Shown here: one piece after another, positions 10,101 to 25,700 of the stretch | Layout of the letters: each line of letters starts with the position of its first letter | Position numbering within the stretch: the first letter of the stretch is position 1 | From: Auanema rhodensis | Taxonomy: Eukaryota > Animalia > Nematoda | NCBI GenBank assembly: GCA_964057225.1 | Contig: OZ059894.1 | Span: 22,754,001-22,818,000, forward strand | Reading direction: 5' to 3' | Length of the DNA: 64,000 nt | Notes under the pieces: generated by a model | Seen by the model: only the letters and a program-made list of their open reading frames with translations | The model's database searches: none | What the model was told of the DNA's origin: nothing | Position numbers and translations under genes: made by a program

Positions 10101-13100
10101 AAAATTAATTCTTCAGGGGGAAAATCGAGGATATAAGTGTGAACTTATATCAGTTGATATCTCGGTGCATTTTTAAGCTAGCGCAAATCTGATAACACAG
10201 ATCGACGCAGCTTAAAAATCCGCATCGAATGCACTATACTACATTGAGAAACGCTTAATACAAAAATTAGTTATGATCGTTTGAAAAATGATGCATTAGT
10301 GTATGTTGAGTTTCCATGTACACTCAACATTGCTTCCAAAAACATTTTGACAAAAATTTTTTCGAAAAATTTCAGAATAATTTAGCATAAAGTAGATGTT
10401 TTTAGATTCCATTTTTCAAAGCAAAGACGATGGACAATGATATTCAACGAAAAAATTAATTCTTCAGGGGGAAAATCGAGGATATAAGTGTGAACTTATA
10501 TCAGTTGATATCTCGGTGCATTTTTAAGCTAGCGCAAATCTGATAACACAGATCGACGCAGCTTAAAAATCCGCATCGAATGCACTATACTACATTGAGA
10601 AACGCTTAATACAAAAATTAGTTATGATCGTTTGAAAAATGATGCATTAGTGTATGTTGAGTTTCCATGTACACTCAACATTGCTTCCAAAAACATTTTG
10701 ACAAAAAGTTTTTCGAAAAATTTCAGAATAATTTAGCAAAAAGTAGATGTTTTTAGATTCCTTTTTTCAAGGCAAAGACGATGGTCAATGTTATTCAACG
10801 AAAAAATCAATTCTTCAGGGTGAAAATCGAGGATATAAGTGTGAACTTATATCAGTTGATATCTCGGTGCATTTTTAAGCTAGCGCAAATCTGATAACAC
10901 AGATCGACGCAGCTTAAAAATCCGCATCGAATGCACTATACTACATTGAGAAACGCTTAATACAAAAATTAGTTATGATCGTTTGAAAAATGATGCATTA
11001 GTGTATGTTGAGTTTCCATGTACACTCAACATTGCTTCCAAAAACATTTTGACAAAAATTTTTTCGAAAAATTTCATAATAATTTAGCAAAAAGTAGATG
11101 TTTTTAGATTCCATTTTTCAAGGCAAAGACGATGGACAATGTTATTCAACGAAAAAATTAATTCTTCAGGGTGAAAATCGAGGATATAAGTGTGAACTTA
11201 TATCAGTTGATATCTCGGTGCATTTTTAAGCTAGCGCAAATCTGATAACACAGATCGACGCAGCTTAAAAATCCGCATCGAATGCACTATACTACATTGA
11301 GAAACGCTTAATACAAAAATTAGTTATGATCGTTTGAAAAATGTTGCATTAGTGTATGTTGAGTTTCCATGTACACTCAACATTGCTTCCAAAAACATTT
11401 TGACAAAAATTTTTTCGAAAAATTTCATAATAATTTAGCAAAAAGTAGATGTTTTTAGATTCCATTTTTCAAGGCAAAGACGATGGACAATGTTATTCAA
11501 CGAAAAAATTAATTCTTCAGGGTGAAAATCGAGGATTAAAGTGTGAACTTATATCAGTTGATATCTCGGTGCATTTTTAAGCTAGCGCAAATCTGATAAC
11601 ACAGATCGACGCAGCTTAAAAATCCGCATCGAATGCACTATACTACATTGAGAAACGCTTAATACAAAAATTAGTTATGATCGTTTGAAAAATGATGCAT
11701 TAGTGTATGTTGAGTTTCCATGTACACTCAACATTGCTTCCAAAAACATTTTGACAAAAATTTTTTCGAAAAATTTCATAATAATTTAGCGAAAAGTAGA
11801 TGTTTTTAGATTCCATTTTTCAAGGCAAAGACGATGGACAATGTTATTCAACGAAAAAATTAATTCTTCAGGGTGAAAATCGAGGATTAAAGTGTGAACT
11901 TATATCAGTTGATATCTCGGTGCATTTTTAAGCTAGCGCAAATCTGATAACACAGATCGACGCAGCTTAAAAATCCGCATCGAATGCACTATACTACATT
12001 GAGAAACGCTTAATACAAAAATTAGTTATGATCGTTTGAAAAATGATGCATTAGTGTATGTTGAGTTTCCATGTACACTCAACATTGCTTCCAAAAACAT
12101 TTTGACAAAAATTTTTTCGAAAAATTTCATAATAATTTAGCGAAAAGTAGATGTTTTTAGATTCCATTTTTCAAGGCAAAGACGATGGACAATGTTATTC
12201 AACGAAAAAATTAATTCTTCAGGGTGAAAATCGAGGATTAAAGTGTGAACTTATATCAGTTGATATCTCGGTGCATTTTTAAGCTAGCGCAAATCTGATA
12301 ACACAGATCGACGCAGCTTAAAAATCCGCATCGAATGCACTATACTACATTGAGAAACGCTTAATACAAAAATTAGTTATGATCGTTTGAAAAATGATGC
12401 ATTAGTGTATGTTGAGTTTCCATGTACACTCAACATTGCTTCCAAAAACATTTTGACAAAAATTTTTTCGGAAAATTTCAGAATAATTTAGCAAAAAGTA
12501 GATGTTTTTAGATTCCATTTTTCAAGGCAAAGACGATGAACAATGTTATTCAACGAAAAAATTAATTCTTCAGGGTGAAAATCGAGGATTAAAGTGTGAA
12601 CTTATATCAGTTGATATCTCGGTGCATTTTTAAGCTAGCGCAAATCTGATAACACAGATCGACGCAGCTTAAAAATCCGCATCGAATGCACTATACTACA
12701 TTGAGAAACGCTTAATACAAAAATTAGTTATGATCGTTTGAAAAATGATGCATTAGTGTATGTTGAGTTTCCATGTACACTCAACATTGCTTCCAAAAAC
12801 ATTTTGACAAAAATTTTTTCGAAAAATTTCAGCATAATTTAGCATAAAGTAGATGTTTTTAGATTCCATTTTTCAAGGCAAAGACGATGGACAATGATAT
12901 TCAACGAAAAAATTAATTCTTCAGGGGGAAAATCGAGGATATAAGTGTGAACTTATATCAGTTGATATCTCGGTGCATTTTTAAGCTAGCGCAAATCTGA
13001 TAACACAGATCGACGCAGCTTAAAAATCCGCATCGAATGCACTATACTACATTGAGAAACGATTAATACAAAAATTAGTTATGATCGTTTGAAAAATGAT

Positions 13101-14123
13101 GCATTAGTGTATGTTGAGTTTCCATGTACACTCAACATTGCTTCCAAAAACATTTTGACAAAAATTTTTTCGAAAAATTTCAGCATAATTCAGCATAAAG
13201 TAGATGTTTTTAGATTCCATTTTTCAAGGCAAAGACGATGGACAATGATATTCAACGAAAAAATTAATTCTTCAGGGGGAAAATCGAGGATATAAGTGTG
13301 AACTTATATCAGTTGATATCTCGGTGCATTTTTAAGCTAGCGCAAATCTGATAACACAGATCGACGCAGCTTAAAAATCCGCATCGAATGCACTATACTA
13401 CATTGAGAAACGCTTAATACAAAAATTAGTTATGATCGTTTGAAAAATGATGCATTAGTGTATGTTGAGTTTCCATGTACACTCAACATTGCTTCCAAAA
13501 ACATTTTGACAAAAATTTTTTCGAAAAATTTCAGAATAATTTAGCATAAAGTAGATGTTTTTAGATTCCATTTTTCAAGGCAAAGACGATGGACAATGAT
13601 ATTCAACGAAAAAATTAATTCTTCAGGGGGAAAATCGAGGATATAAGTGTGAACTTATATCAGTTGATATCTCGGTGCATTTTTAAGCTAGCGCAAATCT
13701 GATAACACAGATCGACGCAGCTTAAAAATCCGCATCGAATGCACTATACTACATTGAGAAACGCTTAATACAAAAATTAGTTATGATCGTTTGAAAAATG
13801 ATGCATTAGTGTATGTTGAGTTTCCATGTACACTCAACATTGCTTCCAAAAACATTTTGACAAAAAGTTTTTCGAAAAATTTCAGAATAATTTAGCAAAA
13901 AGTAGATGTTTTTAGATTCCTTTTTTCAAGGCAAAGACGATGGTCAATGTTATTCAACGAAAAAATCAATTCTTCAGGGTGAAAATCGAGGATATAAGTG
14001 TGAACTTATATCAGTTGATATCTCGGTGCATTTTTAAGCTAGCGCAAATCTGATAACACAGATCGACGCAGCTTAAAAATCCGCATCGAATGCACTATAC
14101 TACATTGAGAAACGCTTAATACA

Positions 14124-17100
14124 AAAATTAGTTATGATCGTTTGAAAAATGATGCATTAGTGTATGTTGAGTTTCCATGTACACTCAACATTGCTTCCAA
14201 AAACATTTTGACAAAAATTTTTTCGAAAAATTTCATAATAATTTACCAAAAAGTAGATGTTTTTAGATTCCATTTTTCAAGGCAAAGACGATGGACAATG
14301 TTATTCAACGAAAAAATTAATTCTTCAGGGTGAAAATCGAGGATATAAGTGTGAACTTATATCAGTTGATATCTCGGTGCATTTTTAAGCTAGCGCAAAT
14401 CTGATAACACAGATCGACGCAGCTTAAAAATCCGCATCGAATGCACTATACTACATTGAGAAACGCTTAATACAAAAATTAGTTATGATCGTTTGAAAAA
14501 TGTTGCATTAGTGTATGTTGAGTTTCCATGTACACTCAACATTGCTTCCAAAAACATTTTGACAAAAATTTTTTCGAAAAATTTCAAAATAATTTAGCAA
14601 AAAGTAGATGTTTTTAGATTCCATTTTTCAAGGCAAAGACGATGGACAATGTTATTCAACGAAAAAATTAATTCTTCAGGGTGAAAATCGAGGATATAAG
14701 TGTGAACTTATATCAGTTGATATCTCGGTGCATTTTTAAGCTAGCGCAAATCTGATAACACAGATCGACGCAGCTTAAAAATCCGCATCGAATGCACTAT
14801 ACTACATTGAGAAACGCTTAATACAAAAATTAGTTATGATCGTTTGAAAAATGATGCATTAGTGTATGTTGAGTTTCCATGTACACTCAACATTGCTTCC
14901 AAAAACATTTTGACAAAAATTTTTTCGAAAAATTTCAGAATAATTTAGCAAAAAGTAGATGTTTTTAGATTCCATTTTTCAAGGCAAAGACGATGGACAA
15001 TGTTATTCAACGAAAAAATTAATTCTTCAGGGTGAAAATCGAGGATATAAGTGTGAACTTATATCAGTTGATATCTCGGTGCATTTTTAAGCTAGCGCAA
15101 ATCTGATAACACAGATCGACGCAGCTTAAAAATCCGCATCGAATGCACTATACTACATTGAGAAACGATTAATACAAAAATTAGTTATGATCGTTTGAAA
15201 AATGATGCATTAGTGTATGTTGAGTTTCCATGTACACTCAACATTGCTTCCAAAAACATTTTGACAAAAATTTTTTCGAAAAATTTCAGAATAATTTAGC
15301 AAAAAGTAGATGTTTTTAGATTCCATTTTTCAAGGCAAAGACGATGAACAATGTTATTCAACGAAAAAATCAATTCTTCAGGGTGAAAATCGAGGATATA
15401 AGTGTGAACTTATATCAGTTGATATCTCGGTGCATTTTTAAGCTAGCGCAAATCTGATAACACAGATCGACGCAGCTTAAAAATCCGCATCGAATGCACT
15501 ATACTACATTAAGAAACGCTTAATACAAAAATTAGTTATGATCGTTTGAAAAATGATGCATTAGTGTATGTTGAGTTTCCATGTACACTCAACATTGCTT
15601 CCAAAAACATTTTGACAAAAATTTTTTCGAAAAATTTCAGAATAATTCAGCAAAAAGTAAATGATTTTAGATTCCATTTTTCAAGGCAAAGACGATGGAC
15701 AATGTTATTCAACGAAAAAATCAATTCTTCAGGGTGAAAATCGAGGATATAAGTGTGAACTTATATCAGTTGATATCTCGGTGCATTTTTAAGCTAGCGC
15801 AAATCTGATAACACAGATCGACGCAGCTTAAAAATCCGCATCGAATGCACTATACTACATTGAGAAACGATTAATACAAAAAATAGTTATGATCGTTTGA
15901 AAAATGATGCATTAGTGTATGTTGAGTTTCCATGTACACTCAACATTGCTTCCAAAAACATTTTGACAAAAATTTTTTCGAAAAATTTCAGAATAATTTA
16001 GCAAAAAGTAGATGTTTTTAGATTCCATTTTTCAAGGCAAAGACGATGGACAATGTTATTCAACGAAAAAATCAATTCTTCAGGGTGAAAATCGAGGATA
16101 TAAGTGTGAACTTATATCAGTTGATATCTCGGTGCATTTTTAAGCTAGCGCAAATCTGATAACACAGATCGACGCAGCTTAAAAATCCGCATCGAATGCA
16201 CTATACTACATTAAGAAACGCTTAATACAAAAATTAGTTATGATCGTTTGAAAAATGATGCATTAGTGTATGTTGAGTTTCCATGTACACTCAACATTGC
16301 TTCCAAAAACATTTTGACAAAAATTTTTTCGAAAAATTTCAGAATAATTCAGCAAAAAGTAAATGATTTTAGATTCCATTTTTCAAGGCAAAGACGATGG
16401 ACAATGTTATTCAACGAAAAAATCAATTCTTCAGGGTGAAAATCGAGGATATAAGTGTGAACTTATATCAGTTGATATCTCGGTGCATTTTTAAGCTAGC
16501 GCAAATCTGATAACACAGATCGACGCAGCTTAAAAATCCGCATCGAATGCACTATACTACATTGAGAAACGATTAATACAAAAAATAGTTATGATCGTTT
16601 GAAAAATGATGCATTAGTGTATGTTGAGTTTCCATGTACACTCAACATTGCTTCCAAAAACATTTTGACAAAAATTTTTTCGAAAAATTTCAGAATAATT
16701 TAGCAAAAAGTAGATGTTTTTAGATTCCATTTTTCAAGGCAAAGACGATGGACAATGTTATTCAACGAAAAAATCAATTCTTCAGGGTGAAAATCGAGGA
16801 TATAAGTGTGAACTTATATCAGTTGATATCTCGGTGCATTTTTAAGCTAGCGCAAATCTGATAACACAGATCGACGCAGCTTAAAAATCCGCATCGAATG
16901 CACTATACTACATTGAGAAACGCTTAATACAAAAATTAGTTATGATCGTTTGAAAAATGATGCATTAGTGTATGTTGAGTTTCCATGTACACTCAACATT
17001 GCTTCCAAAAACATTTTGACAAAAATTTTTTCGAAAAATTTCATAATAATTTACCAAAAAGTAGATGTTTTTAGATTCCATTTTTCAAGGCAAAGACGAT

Positions 17101-19739
17101 GGACAATGTTATTCAACGAAAAAATTAATTCTTCAGGGTGAAAATCGAGGATATAAGTGTGAACTTATATCAGTTGATATCTCGGTGCATTTTTAAGCTA
17201 GCGCAAATCTGATAACACAGATCGACGCAGCTTAAAAATCCGCATCGAATGCACTATACTACATTGAGAAACGCTTAATACAAAAATTAGTTATGATCGT
17301 TTGAAAAATGTTGCATTAGTGTATGTTGAGTTTCCATGTACACTCAACATTGCTTCCAAAAACATTTTGACAAAAATTTTTTCGAAAAATTTCAAAATAA
17401 TTTAGCAAAAAGTAGATGTTTTTAGATTCCATTTTTCAAGGCAAAGACGATGGACAATGTTATTCAACGAAAAAATTAATTCTTCAGGGTGAAAATCGAG
17501 GATATAAGTGTGAACTTATATCAGTTGATATCTCGGTGCATTTTTAAGCTAGCGCAAATCTGATAACACAGATCGACGCAGCTTAAAAATCCGCATCGAA
17601 TGCACTATACTACATTGAGAAACGCTTAATACAAAAATTAGTTATGATCGTTTGAAAAATGATGCATTAGTGTATGTTGAGTTTCCATGTACACTCAACA
17701 TTGCTTCCAAAAACATTTTGACAAAAATTTTTTCGAAAAATTTCAGAATAATTTAGCAAAAAGTAGATGTTTTTAGATTCCATTTTTCAAGGCAAAGACG
17801 ATGGACAATGTTATTCAACGAAAAAATTAATTCTTCAGGGTGAAAATCGAGGATATAAGTGTGAACTTATATCAGTTGATATCTCGGTGCATTTTTAAGC
17901 TAGCGCAAATCTGATAACACAGATCGACGCAGCTTAAAAATCCGCATCGAATGCACTATACTACATTGAGAAACGATTAATACAAAAATTAGTTATGATC
18001 GTTTGAAAAATGATGCATTAGTGTATGTTGAGTTTCCATGTACACTCAACATTGCTTCCAAAAACATTTTGACAAAAATTTTTTCGAAAAATTTCAGAAT
18101 AATTTAGCAAAAAGTAGATGTTTTTAGATTCCATTTTTCAAGGCAAAGACGATGAACAATGTTATTCAACGAAAAAATCAATTCTTCAGGGTGAAAATCG
18201 AGGATATAAGTGTGAACTTATATCAGTTGATATCTCGGTGCATTTTTAAGCTAGCGCAAATCTGATAACACAGATCGACGCAGCTTAAAAATCCGCATCG
18301 AATGCACTATACTACATTAAGAAACGCTTAATACAAAAATTAGTTATGATCGTTTGAAAAATGATGCATTAGTGTATGTTGAGTTTCCATGTACACTCAA
18401 CATTGCTTCCAAAAACATTTTGACAAAAATTTTTTCGAAAAATTTCAGAATAATTCAGCAAAAAGTAAATGATTTTAGATTCCATTTTTCAAGGCAAAGA
18501 CGATGGACAATGTTATTCAACGAAAAAATCAATTCTTCAGGGTGAAAATCGAGGATATAAGTGTGAACTTATATCAGTTGATATCTCGGTGCATTTTTAA
18601 GCTAGCGCAAATCTGATAACACAGATCGACGCAGCTTAAAAATCCGCATCGAATGCACTATACTACATTGAGAAACGATTAATACAAAAAATAGTTATGA
18701 TCGTTTGAAAAATGATGCATTAGTGTATGTTGAGTTTCCATGTACACTCAACATTGCTTCCAAAAACATTTTGACAAAAATTTTTTCGAAAAATTTCAGA
18801 ATAATTTAGCAAAAAGTAGATGTTTTTAGATTCCATTTTTCAAGGCAAAGACGATGGACAATGTTATTCAACGAAAAAATCAATTCTTCAGGGTGAAAAT
18901 CGAGGATATAAGTGTGAACTTATATCAGTTGATATCTCGGTGCATTTTTAAGCTAGCGCAAATCTGATAACACAGATCGACGCAGCTTAAAAATCCGCAT
19001 CGAATGCACTATACTACATTAAGAAACGCTTAATACAAAAATTAGTTATGATCGTTTGAAAAATGATGCATTAGTGTATGTTGAGTTTCCATGTACACTC
19101 AACATTGCTTCCAAAAACATTTTGACAAAAATTTTTTCGAAAAATTTCAGAATAATTCAGCAAAAAGTAAATGATTTTAGATTCCATTTTTCAAGGCAAA
19201 GACGATGGACAATGTTATTCAACGAAAAAATCAATTCTTCAGGGTGAAAATCGAGGATATAAGTGTGAACTTATATCAGTTGATATCTCGGTGCATTTTT
19301 AAGCTAGCGCAAATCTGATAACACAGATCGACGCAGCTTAAAAATCCGCATCGAATGCACTATACTACATTGAGAAACGATTAATACAAAAAATAGTTAT
19401 GATCGTTTGAAAAATGATGCATTAGTGTATGTTGAGTTTCCATGTACACTCAACATTGCTTCCAAAAACATTTTGACAAAAATTTTTTCGAAAAATTTCA
19501 GAATAATTTAGCAAAAAGTAGATGTTTTTAGATTCCATTTTTCAAGGCAAAGACGATGGACAATGTTATTCAACGAAAAAATCAATTCTTCAGGGTGAAA
19601 ATCGAGGATATAAGTGTGAACTTATATCAGTTGATATCTCGGTGCATTTTTAAGCTAGCGCAAATCTGATAACACAGATCGACGCAGCTTAAAAATCCGC
19701 ATCGAATGCACTATACTACATTAAGAAACGCTTAATACA
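14124..19739. repeat. Tandem duplication of an 8-monomer block (2808 bp x 2)
   Basis: The private TTTACCAAAA allele (ORFs 14142 and 16950), the ATGTTGCATT and GATGAACAAT alleles, and ORF pairs 15546/18354 and 16248/19056 all recur at +2808. Confidence 0.9.
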
Positions 19740-22700
19740 AAAATTAGTTATGATCGTTTGAAAAATGATGCATTAGTGTATGTTGAGTTTCCATGTACAC
19801 TCAACATTGCTTCCAAAAACATTTTGACAAAAATTTTTTCGAAAAATTTCAGAATAATTCAGCAAAAAGTAGATGATTTTAGATTCCATTTTTCAAGGCA
19901 AAGACGATGGACAATGTTATTCAACGAAAAAATCAATTCTTCAGGGTGAAAATCGAGGATATAAGTGTGAACTTATATCAGTTGATATCTCGGTGCATTT
20001 TTAAGCTAGCGCAAATCTGATAACACAGATCGACGCAGCTTAAAAATCCGCATCGAATGCACTATACTACATTGAGAAACGATTAATACAAAAAATAGTT
20101 ATGATCGTTTGAAAAATGATGCATTAGTGTATGTTGAGTTTCCATGTACACTCAACATTGCTTCCAAAAACATTTTGACAAAAATTTTTTCGAAAAATTT
20201 CAGAATAATTTAGCAAAAAGTAGATGTTTTTAGATTCCATTTTTCAAGGCAAAGACGATGGACAATGTTATTCAACGAAAAAATCAATTCTTCAGGGTGA
20301 AAATCGAGGATATAAGTGTGAACTTATATCAGTTGATATCTCGGTGCATTTTTAAGCTAGCGCAAATCTGATAACACAGATCGACGCAGCTTAACAATCC
20401 GCATCGAATGCACTATACTACATTAAAAAACGCTTAATACAAAAATTAGTTATGATCGTTTGAAAAATGATGCATTAGTGTATGTTGAGTTTCCATGTAC
20501 ACTCAACATTGCTTCCAAAAACATTTTGACAAAAATTTTTTCGAAAAATTTCATAATAATTTAGCAAAAAGTAGATGTTTTTAGATTCCTTTTTTCAAGG
20601 CAAAGACGATGGTCAATGTTATTCAACGAAAAAATCAATTCTTCAGGGTGAAAATCGAGGATATAAGTGTGAACTTATATCAGTTGATATCTCGGTGCAT
20701 TTTTAAGCTAGCGCAAATCTGATAACACAGATCGACGCAGCTTAAAAATCCGCATCGAATGCATTATACTACATTGAGAAACGATTAATACAAAAATTAG
20801 TTATGATCGTTTGAAAAATGATGCATTAGTGTATGTTGAGTTTCCATGTACACTCAACATTGCTTCCAAAAACATTTTGACAAAAATTTTTTCGAAAAAT
20901 TTCAGAATAATTTAGCAAAAAGTAGATGTTTTTAGATTCCATTTTTCAAGGCAAAGACGATGAACAATGTTATTCAACGAAAAAATCAATTCTTCAGGGT
21001 GAAAATCGAGGATATAAGTGTGAACTTATATCAGTTGATATCTCGGTGCATTTTTAAGCTAGCGCAAATCTGATAACACAGATCGACGCAGCTTAAAAAT
21101 CCGCATCGAATGCACTATACTACATTAAGAAACGCTTAATACAAAAATTAGTTATGATCGTTTGAAAAATGATGCATTAGTGTATGTTGAGTTTCCATGT
21201 ACACTCAACATTGCTTCCAAAAACATTTTGACAAAAATTTTTTCGAAAAATTTCAGAATAATTCAGCAAAAAGTAAATGATTTTAGATTCCATTTTTCAA
21301 GGCAAAGACGATGGACAATGTTATTCAACGAAAAAATCAATTCTTCAGGGTGAAAATCGAGGATATAAGTGTGAACTTATATCAGTTGATATCTCGGTGC
21401 ATTTTTAAGCTAGCGCAAATCTGATAACACAGATCGACGCAGCTTAAAAATCCGCATCGAATGCACTATACTACATTGAGAAACGATTAATACAAAAAAT
21501 AGTTATGATCGTTTGAAAAATGATGCATTAGTGTATGTTGAGTTTCCATGTACACTCAACATTGCTTCCAAAAACATTTTGACAAAAATTTTTTCGAAAA
21601 ATTTCAGAATAATTTAGCAAAAAGTAGATGTTTTTAGATTCCATTTTTCAAGGCAAAGACGATGGACAATGTTATTCAACGAAAAAATCAATTCTTCAGG
21701 GTGAAAATCGAGGATATAAGTGTGAACTTATATCAGTTGATATCTCGGTGCATTTTTAAGCTAGCGCAAATCTGATAACACAGATCGACGCAGCTTAAAA
21801 ATCCGCATTGAATGCACTATACTACATTAAGAAACGCTTAATACAAAAATTAGTTATGATCGTTTGAAAAATGATGCATTAGTGTATGTTGAGTTTCCAT
21901 GTACACTCAACATTGCTTCCAAAAACATTTTGACAAAAATTTTTTCGAAAAATTTCAGAATAATTCAGCAAAAAGTAGATGATTTTAGATTCCATTTTTC
22001 AAGGCAAAGACGATGGACAATGTTATTCAACGAAAAAATCAATTCTTCAGGGTGAAAATCGAGGATATAAGTGTGAACTTATATCAGTTGATATCTCGGT
22101 GCATTTTTAAGCTAGCGCAAATCTGATAACACAGATCGACGCAGCTTAAAAATCCGCATCGAATGCACTATACTACATTGAGAAACGATTAATACAAAAA
22201 ATAGTTATGATCGTTTGAAAAATGATGCATTAGTGTATGTTGAGTTTCCATGTACACTCAACATTGCTTCCAAAAACATTTTGACAAAAATTTTTTCGAA
22301 AAATTTCAGAATAATTCAGCAAAAAGTAAATGATTTTAGATTCCATTTTTCAAGGCAAAGACGATGGACAATGTTATTCAACGAAAAAATCAATTCTTCA
22401 GGGTGAAAATCGAGGATATAAGTGTGAACTTATATCAGTTGATATCTCGGTGCATTTTTAAGCTAGCGCAAATCTGATAACACAGATCGACGCAGCTTAA
22501 AAATCCGCATCGAATGCACTATACTACATTGAGAAACGATTAATACAAAAAATAGTTATGATCGTTTGAAAAATGATGCATTAGTGTATGTTGAGTTTCC
22601 ATGTACACTCAACATTGCTTCCAAAAACATTTTGACAAAAATTTTTTCGAAAAATTTCAGAATAATTTAGCAAAAAGTAGATGTTTTTAGATTCCATTTT

Positions 22701-25700
22701 TCAAGGCAAAGACGATGGACAATGTTATTCAACGAAAAAATCAATTCTTCAGGGTGAAAATCGAGGATATAAGTGTGAACTTATATCAGTTGATATCTCG
22801 GTGCATTTTTAAGCTAGCGCAAATCTGATAACACAGATCGACGCAGCTTAAAAATCCGCATTGAATGCACTATACTACATTAAGAAACGCTTAATACAAA
22901 AATTAGTTATGATCGTTTGAAAAATGATGCATTAGTGTATGTTGAGTTTCCATGTACACTCAACATTGCTTCCAAAAACATTTTGACAAAAATTTTTTCG
23001 AAAAATTTCAGAATAATTTAGCAAAAAGTAGATGTTTTTAGATTCCATTTTTCAAGGCAAAGACGATGGACAATGTTATTCAACGAAAAAATCAATTCTT
23101 CAGGGTGAAAATCGAGGATATAAGTGTGAACTTATATCAGTTGATATCTCGGTGCATTTTTAAGCTAGCGCAAATCTGATAACACAGATCGACGCAGCTT
23201 AAAAATCCGCATTGAATGCACTATACTACATTAAGAAACGCTTAATACAAAAATTAGTTATGATCGTTTGAAAAATGATGCATTAGTGTATGTTGAGTTT
23301 CCATGTACACTCAACATTGCTTCCAAAAACATTTTGACAAAAATTTTTTCGAAAAATTTCAGAATAATTCAGCAAAAAGTAGATGATTTTAGATTCCATT
23401 TTTCAAGGCAAAGACGATGGACAATGTTATTCAACGAAAAAATCAATTCTTCAGGGTGAAAATCGAGGATATAAGTGTGAACTTATATCAGTTGATATCT
23501 CGGTGCATTTTTAAGCTAGCGCAAATCTGATAACACAGATCGACGCAGCTTAAAAATCCGCATCGAATGCACTATACTACATTGAGAAACGATTAATACA
23601 AAAAATAGTTATGATCGTTTGAAAAATGATGCATTAGTGTATGTTGAGTTTCCATGTACACTCAACATTGCTTCCAAAAACATTTTGACAAAAATTTTTT
23701 CGAAAAATTTCAGAATAATTCAGCAAAAAGTAAATGATTTTAGATTCCATTTTTCAAGGCAAAGACGATGGACAATGTTATTCAACGAAAAAATCAATTC
23801 TTCAGGGTGAAAATCGAGGATATAAGTGTGAACTTATATCAGTTGATATCTCGGTGCATTTTTAAGCTAGCGCAAATCTGATAACACAGATCGACGCAGC
23901 TTAAAAATCCGCATTGAATGCACTATACTACATTAAGAAACGCTTAATACAAAAATTAGTTATGATCGTTTGAAAAATGATGCATTAGTGTATGTTGAGT
24001 TTCCATGTACACTCAACATTGCTTCCAAAAACATTTTGACAAAAATTTTTTCGAAAAATTTCAGAATAATTTAGCAAAAAGTAGATGTTTTTAGATTCCA
24101 TTTTTCAAGGCAAAGACGATGGACAATGTTATTCAACGAAAAAATCAATTCTTCAGGGTGAAAATCGAGGATATAAGTGTGAACTTATATCAGTTGATAT
24201 CTCGGTGCATTTTTAAGCTAGCGCAAATCTGATAACACAGATCGACGCAGCTTAAAAATCCGCATTGAATGCACTATACTACATTAAGAAACGCTTAATA
24301 CAAAAATTAGTTATGATCGTTTGAAAAATGATGCATTAGTGTATGTTGAGTTTCCATGTACACTCAACATTGCTTCCAAAAACATTTTGACAAAAATTTT
24401 TTCGAAAAATTTCAGAATAATTCAGCAAAAAGTAGATGATTTTAGATTCCATTTTTCAAGGCAAAGACGATGGACAATGTTATTCAACGAAAAAATCAAT
24501 TCTTCAGGGTGAAAATCGAGGATATAAGTGTGAACTTATATCAGTTGATATCTCGGTGCATTTTTAAGCTAGCGCAAATCTGATAACACAGATCGACGCA
24601 GCTTAAAAATCCGCATCGAATGCACTATACTACATTGAGAAACGATTAATACAAAAAATAGTTATGATCGTTTGAAAAATGATGCATTAGTGTATGTTGA
24701 GTTTCCATGTACACTCAACATTGCTTCCAAAAACATTTTGACAAAAATTTTTTCGAAAAATTTCAGAATAATTCAGCAAAAAGTAAATGATTTTAGATTC
24801 CATTTTTCAAGGCAAAGACGATGGACAATGTTATTCAACGAAAAAATCAATTCTTCAGGGTGAAAATCGAGGATATAAGTGTGAACTTATATCAGTTGAT
24901 ATCTCGGTGCATTTTTAAGCTAGCGCAAATCTGATAACACAGATCGACGCAGCTTAAAAATCCGCATCGAATGCACTATACTACATTGAGAAACGATTAA
25001 TACAAAAAATAGTTATGATCGTTTGAAAAATGATGCATTAGTGTATGTTGAGTTTCCATGTACACTCAACATTGCTTCCAAAAACATTTTGACAAAAATT
25101 TTTTCGAAAAATTTCAGAATAATTTAGCAAAAAGTAGATGTTTTTAGATTCCATTTTTCAAGGCAAAGACGATGGACAATGTTATTCAACGAAAAAATCA
25201 ATTCTTCAGGGTGAAAATCGAGGATATAAGTGTGAACTTATATCAGTTGATATCTCGGTGCATTTTTAAGCTAGCGCAAATCTGATAACACAGATCGACG
25301 CAGCTTAACAATCCGCATCGAATGCACTATACTACATTAAAAAACGCTTAATACAAAAATTAGTTATGATCGTTTGAAAAATGATGCATTAGTGTATGTT
25401 GAGTTTCCATGTACACTCAACATTGCTTCCAAAAACATTTTGACAAAAATTTTTTCGAAAAATTTCATAATAATTTAGCAAAAAGTAGATGTTTTTAGAT
25501 TCCTTTTTTCAAGGCAAAGACGATGGTCAATGTTATTCAACGAAAAAATCAATTCTTCAGGGTGAAAATCGAGGATATAAGTGTGAACTTATATCAGTTG
25601 ATATCTCGGTGCATTTTTAAGCTAGCGCAAATCTGATAACACAGATCGACGCAGCTTAAAAATCCGCATCGAATGCACTATACTACATTGAGAAACGCTT

